Part shown: positions 37,351-50,995 of the stretch, piece after piece | Layout: each line of letters starts with the position of its first letter | How positions within the stretch are numbered: the stretch's first letter is position 1 | NCBI GenBank assembly: GCA_965644295.1 | Contig: CBFFRP010000019.1 | Span: 186,001 to 250,000 of the forward strand | Length of the DNA stretch: 64,000 bases | DNA from: Paraphysomonas bandaiensis | Lineage: Eukaryota; Protista; Chrysophyceae | Direction: 5' to 3' | The notes under the pieces: generated by a model | What the model saw: the letters and a program-made list of their open reading frames with translations, nothing else | What the model was told of the DNA's origin: nothing | Databases searched by the model: none | Translations under genes and position numbers: made by a program

Positions 37351-39097
37351 GGGATCTATTATTGAACCTAGTCAAATTGGTGTAATTTCCTAGTCACACC
37401 AAAATTGGTGTAAAAACCTAGTCAAGCGGTTGAAAAACCTAGTCATTTAATAATTCATATTTTCAGTTTACAATGACTAGGTTTTATGGTATTCACCTAG
37501 TCAAAAATAAAAATTTTCATTCAAACATGGGAGCATACTCTATCCATCAATTGATAAATGTAGATATTGTATACATGCAATACATAACATTATAACGTTG
37601 CATTCCAATGAGAAATTGGTGACCATGTCCGGTGCAATTCCATAGCTTCCCAAGGGCCATGACATCGGTGGGTTCACCGTTGATGAGGGACCTCGCTGCA
37701 TTGTGAGTCTTGATGGAGATCAACATGTGCTTCACATCAATGTTCCCTGAGCACATAATTAAGATATGTAGAGAGTTATAAATGTATTTTACATACCTCA
37801 CAAGCGATATTGGGTTTGCACTTGATTATTAAGGGATCTCCCGTACAACATACATAATATTATACTGTGATGTCTGTCATACAATGATTAGCACTCACAA
37901 GATTGTAAAAAGTATTGTGTCATACAATGATTAACAGTCACAAGAACGCAAAATATATTGTAATATATAAATGCAGAGTACATATCTATTGCACATACCT
38001 CACTAGAGGTAGGATCAATAGCTGCTAGTACCCACAGCGCGGGCAGTTGTAGACAAGAACGATAATAATATAGGTTTCGCTCTTGATTTTGTAAGCTTCC
38101 TCCCTTACAGCATATATATGCTGTGGTACCTATAATACAGTGATCCGTACTCTACTAAAACGCATCAGTACAATATAAAACCTAGTCATATACTTACAGT
38201 TCAGAGGACCTGAATCCAAAATACGACATACCCATAAGCCACACTCATGATACTGTAAGACTGATGACACACTCATGATACTGTAAGACTGATGACACAC
38301 TCATGATACTGTAAGACTGATGACACACTCATGATGCTGTAAGACTGATGACACACTCATGATACTGTAAGACTGATGACACACTCATGATACTGTAAGA
38401 CTGATGACACACTCATGATGCTGTAAGACTGATGACACACTCATGATACTGTAAGACTGATGACACACTCATGATGCTGTAAGACTGATGACACACTCAT
38501 GATGCTGATGTTCTGATGCTGCTCTACAGTCCACTTCAATGATACTGCTTTTAGAAGTTTGTTCCCTGAAAACCTCCTTTTTTTTCCGTTGGACTAAAAA
38601 TAGGGAGATTTATGCACCCCTGAAAGCCAATGCAGCAATCGAAGTCATTCATTCAGTTCTGAAGTGAAGGAAGATGAGCGCCATCACTCACAGCATATGA
38701 AGATCTCAAGATGTCCTGCGGATCATAGAGTGAGTTATACCCACAGCTTCATGGACCCTCCTCCCCATAACACTCACAGGGACCATCGCTATATGCATAC
38801 ATGCTACAGATAGGCTAGATAGACATACACGTACATCTGTGTTATGTAGATATGTATATATGAGCTTATTGTTATGTTTGAGTGTTTGTTTTGATGCTCT
38901 GTAAGCCACTAATATATTGTGTGGTGCGAGATGGTATCTTAGACAGTCACAGTGTGTAATCAATGGATATAAGAACGACTAGGTTGAATACCAAAGTTGA
39001 CTAGGTTGAGTCATTTATTACTTGGACTAGGTTATTTCACCAAAAATAGCGTGACTAGGTAATTCAACCAATTTGACTAGGTTGAATAATATTTCCC
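37351..39097. mobile_element. Non-autonomous Mutator-like element (MULE)
   Basis: TIRs GGGATCTATTATTGAACCTAGTCAAATTGG and rc GGGAAATATTATTCAACCTAGTCAAATTGG; exact 9-bp TSD ATATTCTTT (37342-37350, 39098-39106); arrays of CCTAGTCA/TGACTAGG. Confidence 0.9.
38241..38507. repeat. 28-bp minisatellite (9 full copies plus 1 partial) inside the MULE
   Basis: Unit ACACTCATGATRCTGTAAGACTGATGAC, head-to-tail, no spacers. Confidence 0.97.
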
Positions 39098-39202
39098 ATA
39101 TTCTTTAACCTAGTAACAATATTTGAGTTATTTCGTCTAGCTACTTCAGCATGTAGGTATTTTCATAAATTAATTAGAAGTGAAGTTCTAGTAGCTGCAT
39201 AT

Positions 39203-39300
39203 CAGGGCTAAAAAACAATATATATTGCAATACTTTTGTTAGATAGCGTCTAACCAACAATTTTAAGCAGGCCCAACAATACTATTGCAATACATTAGTA
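39203..39300. mobile_element. Isolated hAT terminal fragment related to the 60.4-62.0 kb family
   Basis: CAGGG..AACAATATATATTGCAATAC..TGTTAGATAGC matches the end at 60424. Confidence 0.6.
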
Positions 39301-40348
39301 CCATTATTCAGGACACCAACAGTTTGCCTGATTTAGTCAAAATTTCTTATAGCTATGATACGTAGTTAACAGTGGCATAATTTTGGTTTAAACAAAGCTG
39401 CAACTATAACTTATATCACGAACAAGAGCAGACGTAGTCTGCCCTTACGAGAGGGTATGCATTTACATTACCGCTATACATGAAAGTGTATTGTGTTAAT
39501 TTGATATACTGCTTGATACTGAAACAATCTGATACGCTATGGACTTACTATTACTAATACTGTACTGTGGGCATGTGACGGGGTGTGATTGCAACAGGTA
39601 ATGCAATGTATGGATTTTCACGTTAATAGGAACTTAAGTGATAGTAAAGAGTTTATATTGTGAATCAACTGGCCTCTATGAAGAGGTGATAGTCTTACAA
39701 TGCATAAAGATGACAATAGAGAATGATTCCACTTAACACTGTCGTATTATGGAATATCTTTACAGTAACCGTGACATTCATGATATGGCTGCTGCTACTC
39801 TGCACCTGTTTCTGCAGCTACTTTATAATCTATATATATTCCATGGGTTTTTAGAGTCTGGTTTATAATTATCCTGATATTTAGGTATCGAAATTGCGGT
39901 ATATACAGTATGATATTCCTGTATATGGGAATACATCATAATACAAGAGAATACATCAGAATAATTTCATAAAAAATTCCAACGTCTTTTGAGCAGTTAT
40001 GCAGATGTACTCTACATATACATACATACATACATACACCATCTACACACATATACATGCATAGATGGATGTACATATATATATATATGTAGACAGTCAT
40101 GTCTCTGCTTGAATGTTACAATATTGTTGCATACATCTGAGTAATCTATTCAGGCAATTGATAAGTTGAGTGCGGAGTATACTGCATTCTCTACCACTTC
40201 ACTGTGGTATAGCATCTAAGGAGATTGATATGCATATGTGTTTGTATTCTTATTATTGCCGTATTGTATTCAACCCAATTTGTATATTCACTTAACTCTA
40301 CTTATCCGACTCTGTAATCATTGATCTTTTTGTTATCCATTGTTTATA

Positions 40349-42912
40349 ATGAATCGTAAGAATCAGAGCTCAGAGGCCATTAATAGTAAAAGAGAAGCTG
40401 CACTTGTGAGACTAGCAGAGAAGAAGAAGCTTCTGGAAGAGAGGAAAAAGCGTTACAGCGAGTTAACAGATGCAGTTTACAACTCCAATCAAAGCTATGT
40501 TAGAATGTCTAATGCACTAAAACGACAAGGTAGAGATATCCAGGGCGACTTAAAAACCTATGTCGACAACAATGTAAACTTGGCTCTTGCAATGGCGGAA
40601 AATGAGCTCTGTGCAGAATTAAATGAGGAAGCTGTTGATAAAACAACTTATGTATGTATCATTATATATGGGTTGATAATGTTAAGTTATTATTACATTT
40701 GTATAGAACTATGAGCTCGAAAACGTATCCAATGCTCGACGTCAACTAGTCGATAAGCTCGACGAATATCGCACATCAAGAGCAAAGTTTGTATCTGCCC
40801 GTCAAGAGATTACTGGTGAAAGCAATAGGTACACTATGACAATGTGCTTTGATATATCTTTGATATATATGTGCTCTGTAGAGCCCGCCAGGAATGCCTG
40901 GATGCTTCTTTCTATTGTGTTGACTTGAAGAGCCGTCTATCTATGGACCTCAAGCGGGCTCTCATGTCGAAATCCAATCTAACCGAACACACGTCATCAA
41001 GAGAACACTTGAGAAATCTCAATGAGGCAATCTCTGTTGTCGCAGATAGGGTTCTGGATAGTCGGAAAGAGCTTAAGGGATATTTTAAGAATCAGCTCCT
41101 CAAACTCCAGAGAGAACAGCGACTTATGGAAGAAGCAGAGGAGTTACATAAACAGAGAGAGAGAGCAATGGAAGATGCAAATGGTGGGAAATATGTAATG
41201 TCATGTGCATGACAACATATATATTTATATCTACCTATTAATTATTAGGTGTGTCCACTGCAAATGAAATTGATCATTTTCTCAAGTCCCAGCATCTATT
41301 TGGTGCGGACATTGAAGTCAGTGATGGTGAGTCTTCTCCCACTAGCCCACATGGTAAAAAGGTTCGTTCATTGACCAGTCTAGAAAGATCGTCCTCTGTC
41401 CGTTACGATTCATCACCAACACGCGCACGCGTTCCACGTCCTCCAGCGAGTGGAAGTTTTAACCCTAATATATCACCTCGTGCTGGTAGCATGATTACTA
41501 CCTCTGCAAGGGCATCAAGACATACACGTGCTACTCAATGGGCCACTGTAAATCTGGACACCCTTGGAGATGAATTGGTTTCTGCGTGTCGCGCTGATGG
41601 ACAAAAAAGCAGGTTGACAGCTTTGAAACGCTTCCTTCAAACACAAGTGATGCACCAAATGGCTCTCCTAATGCTCATTCATAAAGACCTACAGAGTTTG
41701 GATGCGCCTGCGAAGAGTACTAACCAAGAAGAAAAAGAAGAGGAGTGCATTCCACCCCGTGTTAATTCAACCCAGCATATCGTAGACGATGGGGTAACCT
41801 GCACTCGCACAATGGGGAAGAAGAAGAGAGTAGTTGTCAAGCTTGGACCGCACTTAGCTGGTGAAACACTAGATGACCCAGCTGCTGCTCTATATGTTTC
41901 ATCAGGATTAAACTACGCACAATCGGTTCGTACTTCGCTTATAATACTATATTTACTATAGTTACTTTTACGCTCTTCAAAACTTAAAATGTTTCAGATA
42001 TGTAGGGAGGTTGGGAGTTATGAACAACAGCTCCGTGATGTGATTAGGCGCAACACAGCTACGCTTCTGCGCCACTGTGGCAATAAGAAATCCTCGAGTG
42101 ACGCTGGTTCTGAAGATGATAAGCCGAATAGAGAGTCGAATACTCTAAGTAATGAAGAAATTGTAGTCTCTCGTGTAGAAACAAGCAAATCCGAAGGCTA
42201 TGAGGAAGGTAGTGAAGCGGAAGATGAAATCGTTCCACTTCCGCCACAACCCCAAAGTCATCAACACACTCCACCCGGCGAGTTGCGAAAGACTACGGTT
42301 GCGCCGGCAGACAAAGGAAGAAAAAAGAAGAGTAAAAAAAACAACCTGGGACAGGGAATGCAGTCAGGCCGTGTGTTAGAGATCCAAAAAAAGAAGATCA
42401 GGTGAAAATGCTGATTCGATGTTTCAGAATGCGAAGTACACTTCGTACACGAAAAGCTTAAGCACACACATTAATATTCAGCGAATAATATTTATTTTAA
42501 TTGCTTCTTGTGTGGACAGGGATATGGAGTATGTTAAGAGGCTGAACCAACCTCAACAAGATAGTGCCAACAACGAGTGTTCTGGTGTTGCGGAATGGTC
42601 AAATGAAAACAAATTTAGAAATGTTTGTGTCGATGTAAGCTTCGTACTATGCTGTATGTGACTCGTGAGGTGGAATGCTCATATTTTTTGCTCTAGATTC
42701 TTGTGTCTGAACTAAATTCTTCTGCTGATATTCCCATTGAGTTGGGCATGGCGAAGCTCTCAAGTATGAACTTAATTCACGCCAGCGAAAAAAATTCGAA
42801 GAAAAAGTCTCTTGAGGAGCAGACTTCTCGACGCAGTATCCCTGTCGGCGGGAGACCTTCGTATGCTTCACAGCATAAAAATCTGCTCATACAGGGGATG
42901 GGGGCGCTGTAG
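40349..42912 (+). CDS. Hypothetical multi-exon coiled-coil/low-complexity protein
   Basis: Successive ORFs joined by short GT-AG introns (phase checked only for the first ones); no family recognised. Confidence 0.7.
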
Positions 42913-43050
42913 ATTTTTACATACATGTTCATACTATTAGCTTGTGGTAGTGTTGCTTAGCAGTGATTATATTCTTGGTTCAATAGTTCTATTTACGCCT
43001 TCGTGATTTTTAATGCAATGTACTTGAATTTCAAGAATTCTAGTCTATTG

Positions 43051-43318
43051 TATCAAAGTTTGACATTATATGAGATGTATTAACTTTACAACTGAAGGTG
43101 AACTTATACTCAATGCTGAGAATTATACAATTATAATATCTCTTATCATTCACCAAATTCATGTTGTCTCTACTACCACTCTATATTCCGTTTCACTACT
43201 ATATACTTATCAAAATTCATTAATAAGTACGATTAATAAGAGCACAACTCTATACTACTGTAATTTAAAAATCTTATAAATATAGCTTTCAATTGATCTC
43301 ATATAGCAGAATTCAACG
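43051..43318 (-). mobile_element. Solo LTR, diverged relative of the Copia LTR
   Basis: Collinear similarity to 10251-10569, decayed termini (TA..CG), 5-bp TSD TATTG on both sides. Confidence 0.92.
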
Positions 43319-43611
43319 TATTGTTGTCCACTGTATCGTACGATATATATTGTGCAATTAGTAGAGTGCAGTAGGTGGTATGTGATACTAAATAAATAAA
43401 GAACTAGATACTGCACGATTCAATTAAGCTGGCTTTTATGTATACTCAATGCTCAAGTAATTTTATGGCATGTGAATTTTCCAGCCACAGTGTTTCTTTG
43501 CGCAACCCAAGCATCAATAGATCTGTAGACAACCTATTAAATACAATTTTAACAAATTATCTATGTTATTATTTTCTAGCACGAAAACACACGTTTCTAT
43601 GATAATTAACG

Positions 43612-46600
43612 TCACCAAAAGTCATATAACTTTAAAAGTTTTCCGAGTAGAGCCTCAGGTTGTTGAAGAAGTGAAGATACACGAGAAAACTTTTGTCCTG
43701 CCGAGGTGTCCCTTGTCAGAGATCGCGTGCTTCGCCGCAGCAAAAAGTTCCCACATTCGGCGGTTGTCGCACGACATTTATCTCCAGACTGTGCACGCAG
43801 CATGCACAGCAATTCAGGTAAGACATCTAATAAAAATGACCTTTTGAGAGTGGTCGCGTTCGGGAAGTTACTAGCCGATTTATTAGGAGGCACATTCTTG
43901 ACACACTCTAGCACAACCTGCATCTTTTCATTAAAAAGACGGGGCCGAAGAAGACACTTCGCAGTAAAATTGGTAGGTGCTAAGTTATTCGACAATGAGT
44001 GCCGGTTGTCAACCAGGCTCAGAGCGATACCGGTAATAGTAGAGGCAATCATTTGAAAGCTGTCAACCTCACAGTCACTCAATGAGTCAACTTCAAAAGT
44101 ATCAGCACACTCCCCGTCTTCTGCAGAACTTCCACAAGTGGATAGCACAGTGGATTCATCCACTAAAGGCAGCGAACGGTAATCGTCACAGTCATCCCAC
44201 CCGGCAGTCTGACGTTTCACGAAACCTTCCAACAAGTCAGCATCAGACCCAGATTGCAAGTACTGTACGAGACTATTGATTTCCCCCAAATCAGAGTCCG
44301 TATCTAGGCTTTGATTAGGAAGAGGGAGCTGAAAGCAGTCACTTAGCCGAAACTTCATCTCAGTTTCTTTTTTCTCACTTTCATCATCACATTCTACAAA
44401 ACGGTTAACGATATTACCACCGCTAACTAATCGGTCGGATTCCGCCTGGATGAGAAAGTGAGCAAGGTCGCCATGAGAAGGGGGAGGGCGCAAGGGGCGG
44501 GTATCTTCACAATGAAGTGTGGCAGCACCCGATTCATCTGTACAATACATTGTTAATGAAGCAATGCATATCACACAAGGCCACACAAAATACCCATTTA
44601 TCGACCATGTCAATAGACGACATAAAAATATTTTCTGTATCTTAACTGCCTGAACATGACTTACCAACAACATCTTGTAGAATAGGGGGTGCGGTTAATA
44701 TTTCACCTAGCTTGTCATGAAAAACTTTCTTCAGTGTTCGAGCCTTTTGTGAGTTCTGAGACTGATCCCCTTCCCATAACTCACAATTCATCCAAATGCG
44801 ATCTATATCAGCGACAAATTCATCCAGAGAGGCATACAAAGCTTCTTCAACAGATGATACAACGGTGCTAAGATCCATCGGATCGTTAACAACTTGCATG
44901 TATGTGGGGTGTTCGATTGGGTCAAGGGGATACATGAATGACTCGGAGAGAGGGTGGTCCACTAACGTGGCAAGTACACTCTTCATCACTGAAACTATGT
45001 CTATATTCTCATGAATGGGGGTGAGAGCAACTTGCTCATCAGCACAATCAGCAGACACATCTACCACACTCACACTTCTATTATTTTCAACTGACGCTGC
45101 CCCATCTACAGCAGCCACATGTGCACATGGAGGCGGTACTACGGTTGTAACTTCATCCTCCTCATCATCGGTAATAATATTCCGAGACCTGCGCCTATGT
45201 TCCCCACCACTGGTCGGTTTATACATTCCATCCTCGTCTCTTTTACGACGCTTCAACTTAACCTGGCGCTCATACATTTCGTCATCTTCAAAATCATCGT
45301 CTGAATCGGCCGGACATGCACTGGATAAAGTAGACTCGTTTGTAACTGTGACTTTGGGAGTACAATCAGTGCTACTTTTATTCAAAGTAGAGACTCTGGA
45401 ACGTCGCTTTAACCGCCCCCCTCTTCCTTTCTTTGTTGTATTTAGGACAGCTGGCTTGTGGGCGATCGACGCAATTTCACTTGGAAGGCGGCTATCAGCG
45501 TAGGAGACCCATGCCCGACCGGCTCCACACACATCACTTGATAGCACTACCCCTCCAGTAGAAATTATCACCGACACAGTGTGCACGCGTGTTGGTACAC
45601 GGCATGTACTGTACAACCCCTCAGCTGGCTTGGTGAGTAATGGTGGAATAGCGAGACCCAACACTGAGTCTGAGTATACCACGGGTGTGAATGGTTTCCC
45701 CCCTATCCGTACAACTACAACAGCGAGATCCACTGATCCTGAGCGATCTACATCGTATACAGCCCGCTGAAGAAAATTCTTACCGTGCACATATATCGTG
45801 CCTCCTTTCCATACATCCAGTCGACGAGGCTCAATCGCCGTTACCAGGGGAGTCAACAATGAGCGCCTCGTATGACATTCAGAAGACTCTCCATTTACTG
45901 TTTCTTTTGGTTTATGAGTTGATAAACAAGTGAGTGAAGTTGGATAATCTTTGAGCGAGAATTTCAGTGTTGATTGTGATAAAGCAGTCACACTAGAAGA
46001 TATATTTGTCTCTTCTAATTGTCTACCGATGTTATCTACGCTGGAGTCTTGATGACAGAGACGATCTAATGCACTTCCAACGACCCCTCGTTCAACTAAC
46101 CATTCGCTAAAGCTACCACTATAGGGCAATCGGTTCGATGAGCCTCCGCGAAAAGGAGACATGGAACCAACCAATAATAATGCATTCACACATCCCCTAA
46201 CATCACATCCGCATACAGTAGCCAAATCCACCGCATCCTGCATACTCACCCATCCTGTGAACTCACTCCGATGCCCCATTGTCCACAATAAACGACCAAG
46301 CTCGACTGCTCCAGGTGGATGGACATGGATGTGAATAGGCTCAATGTGAAATCCTGATAAGAACTTAGGGTCAATAGACTCCCCTGTCATGACAATCGGG
46401 CACTTGGAAGTACGTGACAATTGGTGAATTGTGTTCAAAAAAGCAGTATCCTCTTTTAGTACGATGTCCACCTATGCAAAATATGGAAATATACAAGGTT
46501 GAAACCACACATAAACGAGAAATATGAGCAAAATGATCACCTCGTCGAATAAAATGAGATTCATCGCCGGTGAGTCTGAATTTACACACGATTCTGTCGA

Positions 46601-49119
46601 CATACTCTTCAGGCGCTGAGACTGTGATGCCTCTGACACTAGCTTCTTTATGCTGGCTCCCGTACGATCTTGAGCAACACTAACTTCTATCACAGTAAAT
46701 CCACATAGCACTGCACAAGCGTGCACCATGCTGGTCTTCAGGCAGCCAGTTCGACCTGTCAAGCTCATATTAACAAATGAAAATACTGCAGTCATTGCTG
46801 GATTGAACAACACATGAAACAATTGTTACCTTCTATGATGACTACATTCGGTCCTTTAGCATTATCTGTTGCACGGCTAGAAGGGCAGAAGTCATCATCA
46901 CTCATTTCCGCCTCACTTTCGTCCCCCATATACCGCTTATTATTCCGACCTTTATCTTTCTTTTCGTTCCTGCCTTTATCCACAGCCTGCTGCTCCAGCT
47001 GCTCCGACTGGACCACTGCATGTTGAAGCCAGTTGCGCAGCTGAACCTGAGCGGCGAGGAGACTCCCGTGTTTAGGCTTGGCGCAGTCACCACGATCGGA
47101 TAGAGTGTGCATGAGAGATATTTTATGTAGTTCCACAAGACAAGTATTGACAGATACATGCAATGCTGAAAGGCTCATCGGTTGTTGTATCACTCCTTGA
47201 CCAGTGCATGAAGCTTGGATGGCGTCGAGATCCACGATCTCAGGTTCACATCCTGCAGAGACGACTGGAGAATCTGTCTTACTAAGGTACAGTGAGTTCT
47301 TAGCGAGCACGTATTGTGTCCATAGCCCTCTCAAGTTTACAGAGTTAAGGCGCTCACGATGAAAAGAACGAGTCCAATCAAAAGAACTATTACAAGAGGT
47401 CACGCAACTACAGTCATCGTATAGAATAGGCTCAGCTATTTCTCTAGCGCATGGTACCGGGCGACTAGGTCCCATTGAAGGCGGGGAATTGATATGCTGC
47501 CAGAGAGGAAAAAATGGAGCTCCCTATTCATAGTCCAAACAATGTAATCATAGAACGTTTTTTGAAAAGGTAAAACATACCGTATACATCTCCTTAACTT
47601 GTCCTGCGGATTCCTCTCGGGTAGATGTTATTGTCTGGCAAGTCCCCGTAGATGTACCTCCGACTGACTGTCCCGCTGCCCGTAACGAGGTGGTCACATT
47701 TTCAAAGAAAGGATTCACAGCTGGAGCCTTGCCATCTTTAGTGCGAAAGAATTCAGCGCTCGCTTTACGGGACTCGGACTTTTGTTTATGGAATCGTTCA
47801 ACACGTTCCTGGGCCACCAGTTCCATTTTTTGCTTCTACTCATTACCTTCAGAATCAGCTACACAGACATATAACCAACGCACCTTACTCAAAAAGAACA
47901 CTTGTGCCTTCTTGTCACCATCATTCGGTTTCTTCTCATGTGTTAATTTGGACCTACTATCAGAGTCTTCAACTTGAGAGGTTTTACTACTGTTAGGAGG
48001 ACGGACTCGTGGTCTTCTGTTCTGTTTTTCTGATTGTCGGCTGCACGCAACACCACTATCTAGATCAGATTCTGACCCACTCGAGGCAGCTTCTCCTAAG
48101 ACCTTCTTACCCTGAGCTTTGTGCGGTTTACTAATGATTGAATCCTCTTGAAAGTCATTCTCATCTCCTGGGTCACTATAAGTCACACCGGACACAATAG
48201 TACGCAATCGTATTCGTTTCACACATGTATCACCCATCGTAACACCTTGTATTGACGCAGTACATGCTGTTTCATCTTTAGCTTTTCGTCCACGTTTATC
48301 TTTAGGTATACTGTTCACAACATTTGTTGTGATAGTTTCAGTGCTGTCCTGCTTTTGCGAATTCGGTTTCTGTGGCCTCAAGAATATCGAACACACAGGT
48401 TTGTCTCTTTTTTCGTCGAGGCCGATGACCTCTGCTACAGGGAGATCTGAAATTGGTGGTATATCGACCTTTTCCGGGGGGAACTTTATCTCCTCCATAC
48501 TGGAATAAGTCACTCCGCATACAACTGTTTTTAACTTTATACATTTCGATTCACCCCCCTCACCATCACATAATGTCTCTGTAGGTACTTCTTTAGACCT
48601 TTTTTTGAAGTTTTTCATAAAAATGGAGCAGATAGGCTTCGTGGACGTCTCCGATAAATCGGGTTCTAAGCCCTGGTCGCTACCTGTCACTCGGCGGTTA
48701 ATCGATTCAGCTGAACAAGTGCTTCCCTCGTTTTTAACAGTACTGTTCAAATATGTGTCTGTTTGCTGTTCTGACTTCTGAATAACAGTACATAAAGACT
48801 CTGTAGAAATGTTCAATGTTTTGGATATACTAACACCGTCGCCTATACTGATATTCTCCACACGAGCATCAGACTGGACGAAATTGGAAGCATCAGAACC
48901 ATCAGTAATTCGCTGTTCATCCACAGAAAGCTCTGTACCATCACTGCTACTATCATTCTTAGTACGAAAATAACGAAATATTGTTGAATTTGATTTCATA
49001 TCAGACGAAATCTTTCGCTGTGAGTTAATTCTTTTAATTAAATCCCTTTCAGATTTATTTCTGATTGTATTTGATACATTTGACAGTGTTAATATAGATG
49101 AAGTATCAAACAGAGACAT
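43612..49119 (-). CDS. ATAD5/ELG1-like RFC1-family AAA+ protein with IPT/TIG-like segment and bromodomain
   Basis: Long disordered N-terminus; spliced IIEGRTGCLKTSMVHACA..GFTVIEVS..DRTG; LILFDE|VDIV; SKCPIVMT; CDVRGCVNAL; bromodomain HPLSESFMYPLD..YMQVVNDPMDLST..FVADIDRIWMNC. Confidence 0.8.
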
Positions 49120-49672
49120 TCAAAAACAGTTTAATTGGAGAAATACATTTGCACAAGGCAATGGCTTTAACCCTTCCAGGGTATACCAATATATTCATTA
49201 AACTAGCACCCCATATAGAGTGTATAGAGAGTATCATACATACAACTCTCATAATATTTTTTTTTTATATTTGAATTTTGTATCTCTTGATTAGCTGCTG
49301 CTCCTGATGTTATGAGTAGTGACTTGAATACTGTGATAATACCGCTGTAGTTCAGTGGTTTACAGAATCCAAAAGCGCATTGAAAATGGGTTTATTTTTT
49401 GTAAAAGTATTGATTTTTATGTCAACAAGTTTAGTTGTGAACCGAAAATCAGCATTAAAGTCAGTCATATCTACAGAGTAGGTATGATATGCAGCGAATA
49501 TTCCACACATATGCAGAGTATGTTACAGTAATATTAACACTGCTGTCCTGTTGTTGAGTGATCTTTGCATTACTTCTATACTCTCTTACTAATCATCCAC
49601 TATACTACTAGTGGATATCTATACAATTACTATATACAGTATCCACTGATACTTCACTATCATTTCTATAAC

Positions 49673-50995
49673 ATGGAAGCCACTACAGGACAGCCGGTAT
49701 CTTCATTAACACGAGCAGGTTTTGATCCTTTCTGTGGATCGAATCAAGACGGAGAATTCGAGTCAATAGAGGAGTTTGAAAAATACATCAGTGACAAATA
49801 CGGAAGCGCATCAGAGATCCCCAATATGAATGGATGGATATTTCAAGAAGTTGATTTTACCAATGCTAAGGATTATTTTCTGGACTTGCCGTTTGACGGG
49901 GCTAGTTTCTGGGGGTGTGTGTTTCCCCCAGGAGTCACAGATAATGACATAAGATCTCGGGGCGCTAAACTTGTAACTTCGAATCCGGCCAAGCTTCCAT
50001 TCAAACCGATGCGCGCATTTCTATATTCCCAGGAAGAATTAGCTGCAAGTGACTCAGACATATATAAATACTGGCTTGAGAATTCGAATTCATTTGAGTC
50101 ACAGCTTTTTTATTCTATCCATGATTTTTCCATTATGGATGCATTGATGGATTATGCGGAGGGTAAGTCATTTGTCGCAATTTGTGGAGGACATGCCATG
50201 CGCCGATCCGATGTCATGTATGGTCAACTGATGGAACTCGGAAACAAGATTGCCCATGCAGGCTTTATTTGCTGTACGGGTGGTGGACCGGGAGCAATGG
50301 AGGCTAGTAATTTGGGCTCATATTTGGCAGGCATTCAGCACGCGAAGCGGATGAAAACACGATCTGAACAAGACGTCAGTTCAGAGCAGGATGATGATCA
50401 CAGCAGTGAATCTATCCTCTCACGGGCGAGAGAGCTTATCCAGACCCACCCTAGCCCACCAGATGAACCAGAATATAAGAACCCTAAACCGGCGCAGGCT
50501 GTACTTGATGCCTTAGGTCCTTCTACTTGCTACTCGCCGTCTCTTGGTATACCGACATGGCGATATGGTCATGAGCCTCCAAACCTCTTCACAGCCTATC
50601 ATGCGAAATTTTTCCAAAATTCACTTCGAGAAGCTGTTCTCTTAGAGTTGTGCTATGGTGGACTCATCATCACTCCTGGAGGGCCTGGGACGATGCAAGA
50701 GATCTTCCAAGCTGCTTGTTGAAATGCTTACTCCAAGGAAGGACATGACTATCCAATGGTGTTCTTTGGAGTGGAATTCTGGAGAGAAAACGGGGTTTGG
50801 GATTTAGTACAGAAACAAGCTCGGAAATACTCATATACACGAATGTTGTTGTTGTCAGATAGTGTTGACGAGATCATGGACCACCTTGTGCGATGTGCTG
50901 ATGAAAAGGGACTTTCCCGGATCAGTGATTTTTCTGAGCTTTGTAATCCCTATTGGTTTTCAAAGTCATCAACGTGCTCATCCTGTAGAGGATGA
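49673..50995 (+). CDS. LOG-family (Rossmann-fold nucleotide phosphoribohydrolase-like) protein with one in-frame TGA at 50720-50722
   Basis: GGHAMRR, TGGGPGAMEASNLG, SLGIPTWRYGHEPPN, KFFQNSLRE, PGGPGTMQEIFQ. The frame continues past the TGA as NAY..PMVFFGVEFW. Intronless. Confidence 0.82.

Noticed and set aside
38241-38507. CRISPR-like array or tandem hammerhead ribozymes (CTGATGA in every unit)
   Set aside because: Units are contiguous with no spacers, and there is no GAAA core or flanking helices; it is a plain minisatellite in a MULE.
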